From Bacillota bacterium (GTDB lineage Bacteria; Bacillota; Limnochordia; JAAZLZ01), in the NCBI GenBank assembly GCA_012522085.1, contig JAAYLE010000124.1, positions 1-45,686 of the forward strand: a DNA stretch of 45,686 bases, given 5' to 3'. The notes under the pieces were generated by a model. It searched no databases and was not told where the DNA came from. It worked only from the letters and a program-made list of their open reading frames with translations. This document shows, piece after piece, positions 1 to 8,389 of this stretch. Positions within the stretch are counted from its first letter, which is position 1. Every line of letters begins with the position of its first letter. A program made the position numbers and the translations under genes.

Positions 1-263
1 TCCACGACTGTGCGCAAGGTCTTAGGCAGCAGGTTGACAAACAGTTCAATGGAGACATGTCCCCTCTTGCGGGCCGTGTAAGCTGAGCCGATGAAGGCCA
101 TCCAGATGAAGGCATAACGGGCCAGCTCTTCACTCCATACTAGGGGCGACTGAAGCACATAGCGGCAAAACACCTGCAGGGCCATGAGGAACGTAATCAA
201 CAGCAACAGCGAAAGACAAACGGCTTCTTCCAGCCGATCATATAACTTGGACAACAGTTTCAT
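1..263 (-). CDS. TRAP transporter small permease (DctQ family); N-terminal part only, the rest runs off the left edge
   Basis: My own minus-strand translation from ATG 263..261 (SD GGAGG 6 nt upstream) gives MKLLSKLYDRLEEAVCLSLLLLITFLMALQVFCRYVLQSPLVWSEELARYAFIWMAFIGSAYTARKRGHVSIELFVNLLPKTLRTVV. This is the typical DctQ N-terminal pattern. The gene lies directly downstream of the DctP-type gene. It is absent from the ORF track because it is truncated. Confidence 0.8.
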   Translation of the reverse strand, partial: MKLLSKLYDRLEEAVCLSLLLLITFLMALQVFCRYVLQSPLVWSEELARYAFIWMAFIGSAYTARKRGHVSIELFVNLLPKTLRTVV

Positions 264-288
264 ATTGGACCTCCTAATGCTGGACAAA

Positions 289-319
289 GGGAAGCAGGTT
301 CGAAGGCGAACCTGCTCCC
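289..319 (-). promoter_or_regulatory. Intercistronic GC-rich stem-loop between the dctP-type and dctQ-type genes
   Basis: GGGAAGCAGGTTCG-aagg-CGAACCTGCTCCC forms about 13 bp with one bulge and a 4-nt loop. On the minus-strand RNA it is followed by UUUGU. Confidence 0.6.
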
Positions 320-342
320 GCCAATTTCATTAAGCTGCCCTA

Positions 343-1320
343 CTATTGGGCCTGTTGGATCCTTTCGTAGAGGCCCTCGCCCCACTGGCTGCCGAACTCC
401 TGGGGGATGACCTTGCAGGCGGCCATGAAAGCATCGATGTCCGGTTCGATGACCTTCACGCCAAACTCCTGGAACTTGGCCAGCCATTCCTCCTCGTAGT
501 CGGCAATCATGCCCCGGACGACATCAGTATGCTCAGCGATGCTGGCGACGACAACATCCTGGTATTCCTTCGGCAGGCTCTGGAAAACCATGTCATTGAT
601 GGCCACCGGGGTTGCCTGGACAACGTGTCCGGTCATGTTCAGATAGGACTGGACCTCGTAAAACCGGTTGGCCGCGATGGTCGCGATGGGGTTTTCCTGT
701 CCGTCGACGGCTCCCTGCTGCAGGGCCAGGTAGACTTCGCTCAGCGCCATCGGGGTGGGGCTAGCGCCCATGGCTTTGGTGTTGGCGATGCTCATGGGCA
801 TGTCAGGTGCCCGCAGCTTCATGCCCTTCATGTCTTCGGGGGTGTAAACGGGCTTGTTTGAAGTTACGTGGCGGGTGCCGTAGTACCAGGTATCGAGCAC
901 GCGCATGCCCGTCTCCTTCAGGAGGCCGTCCCAAAGCTCCTGGCCGATCTCACCCCGCACGACTTTATACATATGATCCACGTCGCGGAAGAGGTAAGCT
1001 GCTTCCATCACCAAGATGGGCTTGTGCCACTTGCCAAGTTCGCCGGGGCCGGCGATGACCATATCCAAGGTGCCCATGGCCAAGCCTTCAACGATGTCCT
1101 TCTCGCTGCCCAGCTGGCCGGCAGGATAGACGTTGATCTTCACTTTCCCGTCTGTCTTCTCGGCCACATCCTGGGCGACCATTTCTGCCGCCACGTGGAA
1201 GGGGTGCTCCGGTTGATATACATGGGCCCACCGTAGGGTGTATTCCTGAGCTGCTACCGTTTGACCGACGAGGAGGGCTGCAACAAGGCCCAATAACATC
1301 CAAAAAGACTGTCGCTTCAT
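343..1320 (-). CDS. TRAP transporter solute-binding protein (DctP family)
   Basis: 325-aa ORF with signal peptide MKRQSFWMLLGLVAALLVGQTVAA. Full-length DctP-like pattern (LRWAHVY, GTLDM, KLRAPDMP, LQQGAVDGQENP). Followed by the dctQ-type gene. Confidence 0.9.
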   Translation of the reverse strand: MKRQSFWMLLGLVAALLVGQTVAAQEYTLRWAHVYQPEHPFHVAAEMVAQDVAEKTDGKVKINVYPAGQLGSEKDIVEGLAMGTLDMVIAGPGELGKWHKPILVMEAAYLFRDVDHMYKVVRGEIGQELWDGLLKETGMRVLDTWYYGTRHVTSNKPVYTPEDMKGMKLRAPDMPMSIANTKAMGASPTPMALSEVYLALQQGAVDGQENPIATIAANRFYEVQSYLNMTGHVVQATPVAINDMVFQSLPKEYQDVVVASIAEHTDVVRGMIADYEEEWLAKFQEFGVKVIEPDIDAFMAACKVIPQEFGSQWGEGLYERIQQAQ

Positions 1321-1524
1321 GGGGTGTAAACACTCCTTCTAGAAAGTAGTAGTCTTTATGTAGTGCAACTACGCACGTCTCAGCTCACTTCCCACCTCCC
1401 TGATCGAGTGTGAATACTACTTCGCCACATACCCTCTTCTCCCTTTTTTCTGGACCTGGCAATTTAACCTTATTGACTAAGTTATAGTGCGTTGTTTCAC
1501 AATAGCTGATCTTTCGCGGCGGGT

Positions 1525-2244
1525 CTATTCCTCAACCCGGACGTACTTATAGGTCGGATAGAAATCCTGGGCGAAGGAAACCACCGCGGAATGAATGGCA
1601 TCCCGGCGGGCTGCGTAAACATCGGTCCGGTTTGGCCGCGGCAGCAAATAGAAGGGAGGCGGCTCCCATTGTGAACTAGGCCAGTTGGGAAGCCTTATGC
1701 TCTGAGATTTCTCACCCCACCCCTCGGTCCCCTTGGAGTAGATGATCATGCCGCTTTTGGCATCGACCAGCCGGGCGACCATCTTGGCGATGACTGTCGT
1801 CGTCTGGCGGGAGAGCCAGTAGCCGTCCTCTCCCTTTGGACCCGAACTATAGCGGCTGGGAGGTTCGAGGTCGACATCCTCAAGGTAATATGTAGCGGAG
1901 GCAATGATGAAGGCGTCGACGCCAAGCTCAGAGCCGAGCTGCCTGAATCTGTTGGGACCGGCAGTCTTCAAGGAACGGTAAGGATTCTGGAAGTGATGTC
2001 GTTCAACGATCGTGAATCCGCCGCGGTCGCGGAAGTAATTGATCAGGGCCAATTCCATTTCCCGGGCCAACCCCGGCTCGTCCGATTCGTTGGCAAATTC
2101 GAGGATGGCGATAGTCTTAATCCCCTCCGTCGGCACCTTAGGCGGCACCTCCACCCGGACTCGTTCACCGGTGCAGCCGGTCAACAGAAGCAAGAGAAGT
2201 ATGATGGGGACTATTCGCAGGTTCCAGCAACGTTCCACCTCCAT
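1525..2244 (-). CDS. Lipoprotein with CsgG/LpoB/FlgO-like N-terminal domain
   Basis: 239-aa ORF with lipobox LLLLTGC. SD AAGAGGTGG lies 7 nt before the ATG. IAILEFANESDEPGLAREMELALINYFRDRGGFTIVER plus LGVDAFIIASATYY matches the hallmark (IAVLPF.N.S ... f.vVeR ... LGAD.vl.G) of this fold family by eye. Confidence 0.7.
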   Translation of the reverse strand: MEVERCWNLRIVPIILLLLLLTGCTGERVRVEVPPKVPTEGIKTIAILEFANESDEPGLAREMELALINYFRDRGGFTIVERHHFQNPYRSLKTAGPNRFRQLGSELGVDAFIIASATYYLEDVDLEPPSRYSSGPKGEDGYWLSRQTTTVIAKMVARLVDAKSGMIIYSKGTEGWGEKSQSIRLPNWPSSQWEPPPFYLLPRPNRTDVYAARRDAIHSAVVSFAQDFYPTYKYVRVEE

Positions 2245-2366
2245 GAACTAACCACCTCTTTCCGTAACATTGGGCCACGTCGATAGTATTCTTAGCCTCG
2301 AAAGGGAATTCCTTCCGCAGGGCCGAATCATCGAATCGAGGCAGGAATAGGTGAGGAGGCCGACGG

Positions 2367-3509
2367 ATGCCATCTTTCCTTTGGATGGCCGCCCGTTACA
2401 TCCGCCATCGTCCTCGAGTCAGCCTGGTTGCCGCCGGGGGCGTGGCGGTGGCGGTCGCAGTAATGATCATGGTCATGGGCATCACCAATGGTCTGCACGA
2501 TTATTTGATCGGGCGCCTGCTGGGCCTAGAGGCCCATCTTGAGCTATTGGCCGGGGTGGATCTGCCCTTGGCGGGATTTGAGTCGTTGCAGCTTGCTGTA
2601 GGCCAAGAGCCCTATGTCCAGTCCGTTGAGCCCTATGTTCAGGGTCAGGTCCTCCTGGGTCGGTCCGGAGTTCTTCCCCGGGGGGTGTACTTGCGGGGAC
2701 TTCAGGATCCCCAAGTCCAACTGGCCCCCTACTTGACGGCTAGCGCCCCAGGTGAAGAGGGGATCTTCATGGGCGAGGACTTGGCCATGGCTCTGGGGCT
2801 CGAACCGGGGTCGGAAGGGATCCTCGTCGGAGGACGGGGGAACAGCCGGCCCTTTTCCGTGCTGGGCCTGTTTCGAACGGGCCTGGAAGGATACGATCGG
2901 GGAGTGGTCTACCTAACCTTGGATGCAGCCCAGGAAATCCTCGGTTACTCGCCCCACCAGGTTACGGGCTTGGCTGTCTATCTTCACGACCCCCTTCAGG
3001 CAGGCGATCGGGCTGAGTCCCTGCAGGCTTTGACCGGCCTTTGGGTTCGCTCTTGGCAGGCTAAACACAAGGATGTACTGGCTACGGCTAAGGTGGAACA
3101 GAGGGCCCTCCTAATCATCGTCCTAGCCACCTTCGTGGTGGCGGGAATAGGGGTGGGCAACCTCCTCTGGCTTAATGTTTGGGAGAAGAGGCGGGACATC
3201 GGGGTGCTTCAGGCTCTCGGGGCCAAAGGGGACCTGTTGGCTAGGGTTTTCTTCTTGCAAGGGGTCTTGTTGGGCGCCATGGGCATCGGCCTTGGGCTTG
3301 CCTTGGGACTGTCGCTATTGGGGTGGTTGAAGGGACGTCCCATCCATGTGCCCGAGCTTACCTTCGCCCAGCATCTGCCGGTCTTGATTAAGGGGAAAGA
3401 CCTGGTCCTGGCGGCGGGAGTGGCCTTGTTGGTCACTGGGGGAGCAGGTTTGGCAGCTGCCCGGGAAGTCAGCCGGCAGAAGATTGTTGAGGTTCTGGCC
3501 AATGAATAG
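2367..3509 (+). CDS. ABC transporter permease, FtsX/LolC-LolE/MacB type
   Basis: 380-aa ORF; SD GAGGAGG 8 nt before the ATG. TM1, then a large extracytoplasmic domain, then three C-terminal TMs (FtsX-domain layout). Overlaps the downstream ATPase gene. Confidence 0.85.
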   Translation: MPSFLWMAARYIRHRPRVSLVAAGGVAVAVAVMIMVMGITNGLHDYLIGRLLGLEAHLELLAGVDLPLAGFESLQLAVGQEPYVQSVEPYVQGQVLLGRSGVLPRGVYLRGLQDPQVQLAPYLTASAPGEEGIFMGEDLAMALGLEPGSEGILVGGRGNSRPFSVLGLFRTGLEGYDRGVVYLTLDAAQEILGYSPHQVTGLAVYLHDPLQAGDRAESLQALTGLWVRSWQAKHKDVLATAKVEQRALLIIVLATFVVAGIGVGNLLWLNVWEKRRDIGVLQALGAKGDLLARVFFLQGVLLGAMGIGLGLALGLSLLGWLKGRPIHVPELTFAQHLPVLIKGKDLVLAAGVALLVTGGAGLAAAREVSRQKIVEVLANE

Positions 3510-4188
3510 GTCTCCGGTTTTGGAACTTCGGCAAGTGCATAAGCTATATCAAGGAAGGACTCCGCTCCATGTGCTAAGGGGAGTTGATCTAGCCCTCTTT
3601 CCGGGAGAGCTGGTGGGCATTATAGGAGTATCCGGGAGCGGCAAGTCCACCTTGCTAAATATCATGGGTCTCCTCGATCCACCAACTCAAGGCCGCCTGT
3701 ACATCCAGGGAAGGGACGTGACTGGACTTGCCGGCGCCGATGCCGCTGCCGTGCGGAGGGACCTATTTGGTTTTGTTTTCCAAAATTCCTGTCTGTTGGC
3801 TGAGTTTACCTTGGGGGAGAATCTGATCATCCCCATTCACCTGGCCGGGCGCAGGCCCACCAGCGATGAACTTGCTCGGGCCCGTCGGCTGCTGGGGGAC
3901 TTGGGCTTGGGGGAGCTGGCAAATCGCAGGCCCGGTGAAGTTTCCGCCGGGGAGCGGCAGCGGGCGGCTCTCGCCCGGGCCTTAGTTGGCCGACCAAAGG
4001 CATTGCTGGCCGATGAACCGACGGGCAGCCTGGATGAAGGGAACTCCCACCAACTCTTTTCGCTGCTGCGAGGATGGGTCGAGGAGGAAAGCATAGCCGC
4101 GGCCGTGGTCACCCATGATGTTGAGCTGGCCCGGCACTACTGCCATCGACTGCTGAGTCTATCCGGGGGGAAACTAGCCTCTGGCTGA
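3502..4188 (+). CDS. ABC transporter ATP-binding protein (LolD/MacB-ATPase type)
   Basis: Walker A GVSGSGKST, Walker B LLADEPTGSLD, and signature region VSAGERQRAALARAL (non-canonical, SAGE instead of SGGQ/E). I prefer ATG 3502, which overlaps the permease stop. The ORF track allows 3484. Confidence 0.9.
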   Translation: MNRSPVLELRQVHKLYQGRTPLHVLRGVDLALFPGELVGIIGVSGSGKSTLLNIMGLLDPPTQGRLYIQGRDVTGLAGADAAAVRRDLFGFVFQNSCLLAEFTLGENLIIPIHLAGRRPTSDELARARRLLGDLGLGELANRRPGEVSAGERQRAALARALVGRPKALLADEPTGSLDEGNSHQLFSLLRGWVEEESIAAAVVTHDVELARHYCHRLLSLSGGKLASG

Positions 4189-4206
4189 TGAAGTGCAAAA
4201 GGAGCG

Positions 4207-6618
4207 GTGCGGTTGTCGGCGGATAAGAGGAAATATCGAGTGCCATTCCCAGAAGTTTCCCACAAGTGTGATCTGTCCCGCTGGGATTTTGAGACAACGG
4301 AACAGTTGCCGACCCTTGGGGGGCTGGTCGGCCAGGAAAGGGCGGCCCAGGCCCGTTATTTCGGGCTGCAAGTTGAGCACCAAGGCTACAACATTTTCCT
4401 CACCGGGCGGGGAGGCACGGGCAAGAGCACCTACGCCCGGGAGCTCATCGGCAAAGTGGCCAAAGATAGACCCCGGCCGATGGACTGGTGCTATGTCCAC
4501 AATTTCGAACGACCCGATCAACCCTTGGCCCTGTGCCTGCCTCCAGGGCGAGGCGGGGAATTTGTTCGGGATATCGACGAACTGATCGAGGAGCTGCAAG
4601 TTGAGCTTCCCAAGGCCTTTGAAGGGGAGGACTATGAGAAGCGCCGGACAGAGAGGGTCAGCCGCTTCCAGGAGCAGAGCCAAGAACTGATCGAAGAACT
4701 GGAAGCCCAGGTGGAAGCCTTGGGGTTCAGCCTGCGGCGGACCGGCAGCGGCTTCATGACCGTTCCGGTCCGGGACGGCAAAGCTTTGGAGCAGGAAGAG
4801 TTCAATATGCTGCCCGTGGAGGAGAGGCGCAAGCTCGAAGAAGCCCACAAAGAAGTGCAGGCCAAACTCGGGGAGCTCCTACGCAAGCTCCGGTCTTTGG
4901 AGAAGCAGGCCAGGGAAGAGTTGCGCAATTTAGAACAAGAGGTGGCCTTGGCTGTCCTGGAACCTCCCGTGGCCGAACTGCAGGAAAAGTACGGGGCTTT
5001 CCCCCGGGTGGCAAGCTACCTTGCCCAAATGCGGCAGAATATCATTGAGAACCTAGACGACTTCAAAGACGAAGAGGAGGAGCAGGCCCTGCCTTGGCTG
5101 CGTCGCTCCGCCCGGCTGCGGGCCTTCACCAAGTATAAGGTCAACCTCTTCGTCGACAACTCCTTGACCGAGGGCGGGCCAGTAGTTTTTGAGACCAACC
5201 CGACTTTTCAAAACCTCTTTGGCAAGATCGAATACCGCCATGAGCTAGGGGCGGTCAGCACCGACTTCACCTTGCTCAGGCCTGGCGCCGTTCACCGGGC
5301 CAACGGTGGCTACCTCATCCTCCAGGCGGCGGACCTTTTGCGCAATTACTTGGCTTGGGAAGGATTGAAACGGGTGCTCAACACCGGGGAGATCAAGGTT
5401 GAGGATTATGCCAATCAGCTGGGTTTGTTTCCCTCGACTACCCTCAGCCCTGAGCCCATTCCGGTGGAGCTCAAGGTAATCCTCACTGGCAGTCCCGCCT
5501 TGTATCACTTGCTCTACAGCCTCGATGAAGATTTTCGAGACCACTTCAAGATAAAGGCTGACTTTGACACCGAGATGGATCGAAATGAAGACAACATGGG
5601 AGCTTACTTGCAGTTCATCGGGACCTACTGCCGCCGGGAGAAGCTGCCTCACCTAGAGAAAGATGCGGCGGCCCGGGTGGTCGATTACGGCTCCCGACTG
5701 GCTGGCGATCGGCGCAAGCTGTCCACCCGCTTCAGCGAAATCGGCAAGCTCCTCCTTGAATCCGCCGCTTGGGCCTCTGTGGAAGGCTCCCCGGCGGTCA
5801 AAGAGCAGCATGTCCTTCGGGCGCTGCGGGAGCAAACCTACCGCTCTAATCGCTGGGAAGAGAAGATCCAGGAACGCATCGGTCGGGGGGATTTGCTGGT
5901 GGACGTCCATGGGTCAAAGGTGGGGCAGGTTAACGGCATCTCCATCATCGATCTGGGCGATTACCAGTTCGGTCGACCCTCCCGGATCAGTGCCAGGACT
6001 TTCATCGGCCAGGAGGGCGTGATCAATATCGAACGGGAGGTGAAGATGGGCGGTCCCGTCCACAGCAAAGGGGTGCTCATCTTAAGCGGCTATCTGGCGG
6101 GGAAATATGCCCAGGATAAACCTTTGGCCTTGTCGGCCAGCCTTTGTTTTGAGCAGCTCTACGAAGGGATCGAAGGAGATAGCGCATCTAGTGCCGAGCT
6201 TTATGCCATCTTGTCGAGCCTGGCCGATCTACCGATCGATCAGGGCATCGCCGTTACGGGCTCGGTCAATCAACAGGGCGAAATCCAGCCCGTCGGCGGA
6301 ATCACTCCCAAGGTGGAAGGATTCTTCGCCGCCTGCCTGGCCAAGGGGCTCACCGGTCAGCAAGGGGTCCTCATCCCCCGCCAAAACATCCCCAACTTGG
6401 TGCTGAAGGATGAAGTCCTCCGGGCCATCGAAGAAGGCCAGTTTCATATTTACGCCATTGACCACGTTGACGAAGGGATTGCGATCTTAACGGGCGTCCC
6501 CGCGGGAAGGCGACTTCCCGATGGCTCCTATGAGCCGAATACCGTTAATCATCTGGTCGATCGGCGCCTGGCCGAGATGGCCAGGCGGCTCAGGGATTTC
6601 ATCGGGGGGAAGGACTAA
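4207..6618 (+). CDS. Lon-like protease of the LonC/COG1067 type (AAA-like domain with a long coiled-coil insert plus S16 protease domain)
   Basis: 803-aa ORF. Walker A GRGGTGKST. Glu/Lys/Arg-rich heptad-like insert at about residues 120-300. Protease domain has GDSASSA (catalytic Ser) and GGITPKVEGF (Lys), 43 residues apart as in Lon. The start could be GTG 4207 or TTG 4213 (SD AAAGGAG). Confidence 0.85.
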   Translation: MRLSADKRKYRVPFPEVSHKCDLSRWDFETTEQLPTLGGLVGQERAAQARYFGLQVEHQGYNIFLTGRGGTGKSTYARELIGKVAKDRPRPMDWCYVHNFERPDQPLALCLPPGRGGEFVRDIDELIEELQVELPKAFEGEDYEKRRTERVSRFQEQSQELIEELEAQVEALGFSLRRTGSGFMTVPVRDGKALEQEEFNMLPVEERRKLEEAHKEVQAKLGELLRKLRSLEKQAREELRNLEQEVALAVLEPPVAELQEKYGAFPRVASYLAQMRQNIIENLDDFKDEEEEQALPWLRRSARLRAFTKYKVNLFVDNSLTEGGPVVFETNPTFQNLFGKIEYRHELGAVSTDFTLLRPGAVHRANGGYLILQAADLLRNYLAWEGLKRVLNTGEIKVEDYANQLGLFPSTTLSPEPIPVELKVILTGSPALYHLLYSLDEDFRDHFKIKADFDTEMDRNEDNMGAYLQFIGTYCRREKLPHLEKDAAARVVDYGSRLAGDRRKLSTRFSEIGKLLLESAAWASVEGSPAVKEQHVLRALREQTYRSNRWEEKIQERIGRGDLLVDVHGSKVGQVNGISIIDLGDYQFGRPSRISARTFIGQEGVINIEREVKMGGPVHSKGVLILSGYLAGKYAQDKPLALSASLCFEQLYEGIEGDSASSAELYAILSSLADLPIDQGIAVTGSVNQQGEIQPVGGITPKVEGFFAACLAKGLTGQQGVLIPRQNIPNLVLKDEVLRAIEEGQFHIYAIDHVDEGIAILTGVPAGRRLPDGSYEPNTVNHLVDRRLAEMARRLRDFIGGKD

Positions 6619-8219
6619 AGGATGCCGGCCACTGCTTCGGCCAAGTTGTTGGCGTGGTCGGCTACCCGTTCTAGATTGCTTAAGATATCTAGATAGACAA
6701 CGCCGGAAGGAGGCAGGCAGGTGCCTTCATTGAGCCGGGCGATATGGGTCGCCCGGTATTTGCGCTCCATCTCGTCGATGAGCTCATCTTCCCCAACCAA
6801 TTGAATCGCTAGCTTCGCATCATCGGTGCGAATACAATTGATGGCCCGCTCATAGATGCCATCCACATGTCTATGCATTTCTTGGATCTCCGCCAGGGCC
6901 TGGTCGGAAAACACCAACCCGTCCTCCGTTTTCTGCCGGGCCAGCTCGACGATGTTCTCTGCGTGGTCGCCGATGCGTTCCATGTCGTTGATCACATGCA
7001 TCAGACGGGTGAGGCGGCGGGACTGCTCCGCATTCAAGTTTCCCTCCCGGAAAGCCCTGGCCAAGAATGTGCTGATTTCCCGCTCCAACTCGTCGATGAT
7101 ATCTTCTTTTTGCACCACGATTTGCATTAACTCCATGTCTTCATTGACGAAGGCTTGGATGGCTTCCTGCACCATCTCCCTGGTTAACTCGCCCATGCGG
7201 ACAACTTCCTTGGTTGCGGACAAGAGCGCAGCCGGGCTGCCCAGCATGCGCCAATCAAGGTGCTTAGGCTTGCGCTCCAGGATGATTTCTTCCCCGGGGA
7301 CTATCTGGGCAAGCAGGGCGGCGAAGGGGGAGATGAAGGGAAGAAAGAGCAAGGTGTTGGTAACGTTGAATATGGTGTGGGCATTGGCGATCTGGCGGGC
7401 CGGGACGGAGGAGGTGACCCTCATCAAGCTGGTGAAGGGTCCAAGGAAGGGCAGAAAGACTAATACCCCGAGGACATTGAACAATACGTGGGCCGTGGCC
7501 GCCCGACGGGCGGTGACGTTCGCCCCGATGCTGGCCAACACCGCGGTGACGGAGGTGCCAATATTTGCTCCGAGCACCAGGCCGAGGCCTGCCTCTAACG
7601 AGATCATGCCCTGCCTGGTGAGGACAATGACGAGACCAGTGGTGGCGCTTGAGCTTTGGATGATCATGGTGAACAAGGCGCCCACCAGGACTCCCAGCCA
7701 GGGACTCTTGCCCATGTTAATTAATGCTTGGACGAAGGGGTCATAACTTCGCAAGGGGACGAGGGTCTGGGACATGATGCTCATGCCCAGGAAGAGAAGG
7801 CCAAACCCGAGGAGACTTTGTCCCAAGTAGCGATAGAAGCGCCTGCGGGCAAGAAAGGAAATTAAGAAACCGATCCCGATGGCGGGCAAGGCCACATCTT
7901 GAAGATTGAAGGCGACCATTTGGGCGGTGACCGTCGTACCGATGTTGGCCCCCATGATGGTCCCAAGGGCCTGCTGGAGGGTCATCAGACCAGCATTGAC
8001 AAAACCGACGATCATGACGGTGGTTGAGCTGCTGCTTTGCACAAAAATGGTGACCAGCATGCCGGTAAAGACCGCGATCACCGGGTGGGAGGTGAACAGC
8101 TCCAAAATATGGCGTAGTCGCTCTCCGGCTGCCTTCTGCAACCCCTCCGCCATTCGCTGCATCCCGTAGATGAAGAGCCCTAGACCGCCGAGGAGTCCGA
8201 ACGCAATCTGCACAAACAC
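6615..8219 (-). CDS. Na/Pi cotransporter family protein with C-terminal PhoU-like repeats
   Basis: 534-aa ORF. The N-terminal half is polytopic with duplicated QSSS(S/A)TT motifs (VQSSSSTTV, IQSSSATTG). The C-terminal half has duplicated ERIGDHAEN / ERVADHANN PhoU motifs. Confidence 0.9.
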   Translation of the reverse strand: MFVQIAFGLLGGLGLFIYGMQRMAEGLQKAAGERLRHILELFTSHPVIAVFTGMLVTIFVQSSSSTTVMIVGFVNAGLMTLQQALGTIMGANIGTTVTAQMVAFNLQDVALPAIGIGFLISFLARRRFYRYLGQSLLGFGLLFLGMSIMSQTLVPLRSYDPFVQALINMGKSPWLGVLVGALFTMIIQSSSATTGLVIVLTRQGMISLEAGLGLVLGANIGTSVTAVLASIGANVTARRAATAHVLFNVLGVLVFLPFLGPFTSLMRVTSSVPARQIANAHTIFNVTNTLLFLPFISPFAALLAQIVPGEEIILERKPKHLDWRMLGSPAALLSATKEVVRMGELTREMVQEAIQAFVNEDMELMQIVVQKEDIIDELEREISTFLARAFREGNLNAEQSRRLTRLMHVINDMERIGDHAENIVELARQKTEDGLVFSDQALAEIQEMHRHVDGIYERAINCIRTDDAKLAIQLVGEDELIDEMERKYRATHIARLNEGTCLPPSGVVYLDILSNLERVADHANNLAEAVAGIL

Positions 8220-8294
8220 AGTTTTTCCCCCTATGTTGATGTGGTTTCTTGTCCCAGGAGCGCATTTTCGGTGGAGGAACCTGCTCCCCGGTTG

Positions 8295-8323
8295 ATGATA
8301 CCACCTTGGGGGAAGCTAGGCAA
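8295..8323 (-). promoter_or_regulatory. Putative sigma-A promoter for the Na/Pi transporter gene
   Basis: Minus strand reads TTGCCT, 17 nt, TATCAT, with TGg directly upstream of the -10 (extended -10). Confidence 0.45.
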
Positions 8324-8354
8324 TAGTTGTCCAGGTTCCCTGGCGAATCAAAAG

Positions 8355-8384
8355 GAGAAAAAAAGCGGGGGGCCATGCCCCCCG
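8355..8384 (-). terminator. Rho-independent terminator after ribH
   Basis: Minus-strand RNA reads CGGGGGGC-aug-GCCCCCCG followed by CUUUUUUUCUCC. It starts 6 nt after the ribH stop. Confidence 0.8.
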
Positions 8385-8389
8385 AGAAC

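Noticed and set aside
308-319. The 12-mer GAACCTGCTCCC is shared between the dctP-dctQ hairpin (308..319) and the Na/Pi transporter leader (8277..8288), suggesting a REP-like repeat family
   Set aside because: Exact 12-mer repeats are expected by chance tens of times in a 45.7-kb window (about N^2/2/4^12). The flanks do not align and no further copies were seen.
4207-6618. Lon-like protease as BrxL of a BREX system
   Set aside because: No other BREX components (PglX methyltransferase, PglZ, BrxA/B/C) are nearby. The architecture, with a coiled-coil insert in the AAA-like domain, fits LonC/COG1067 instead.
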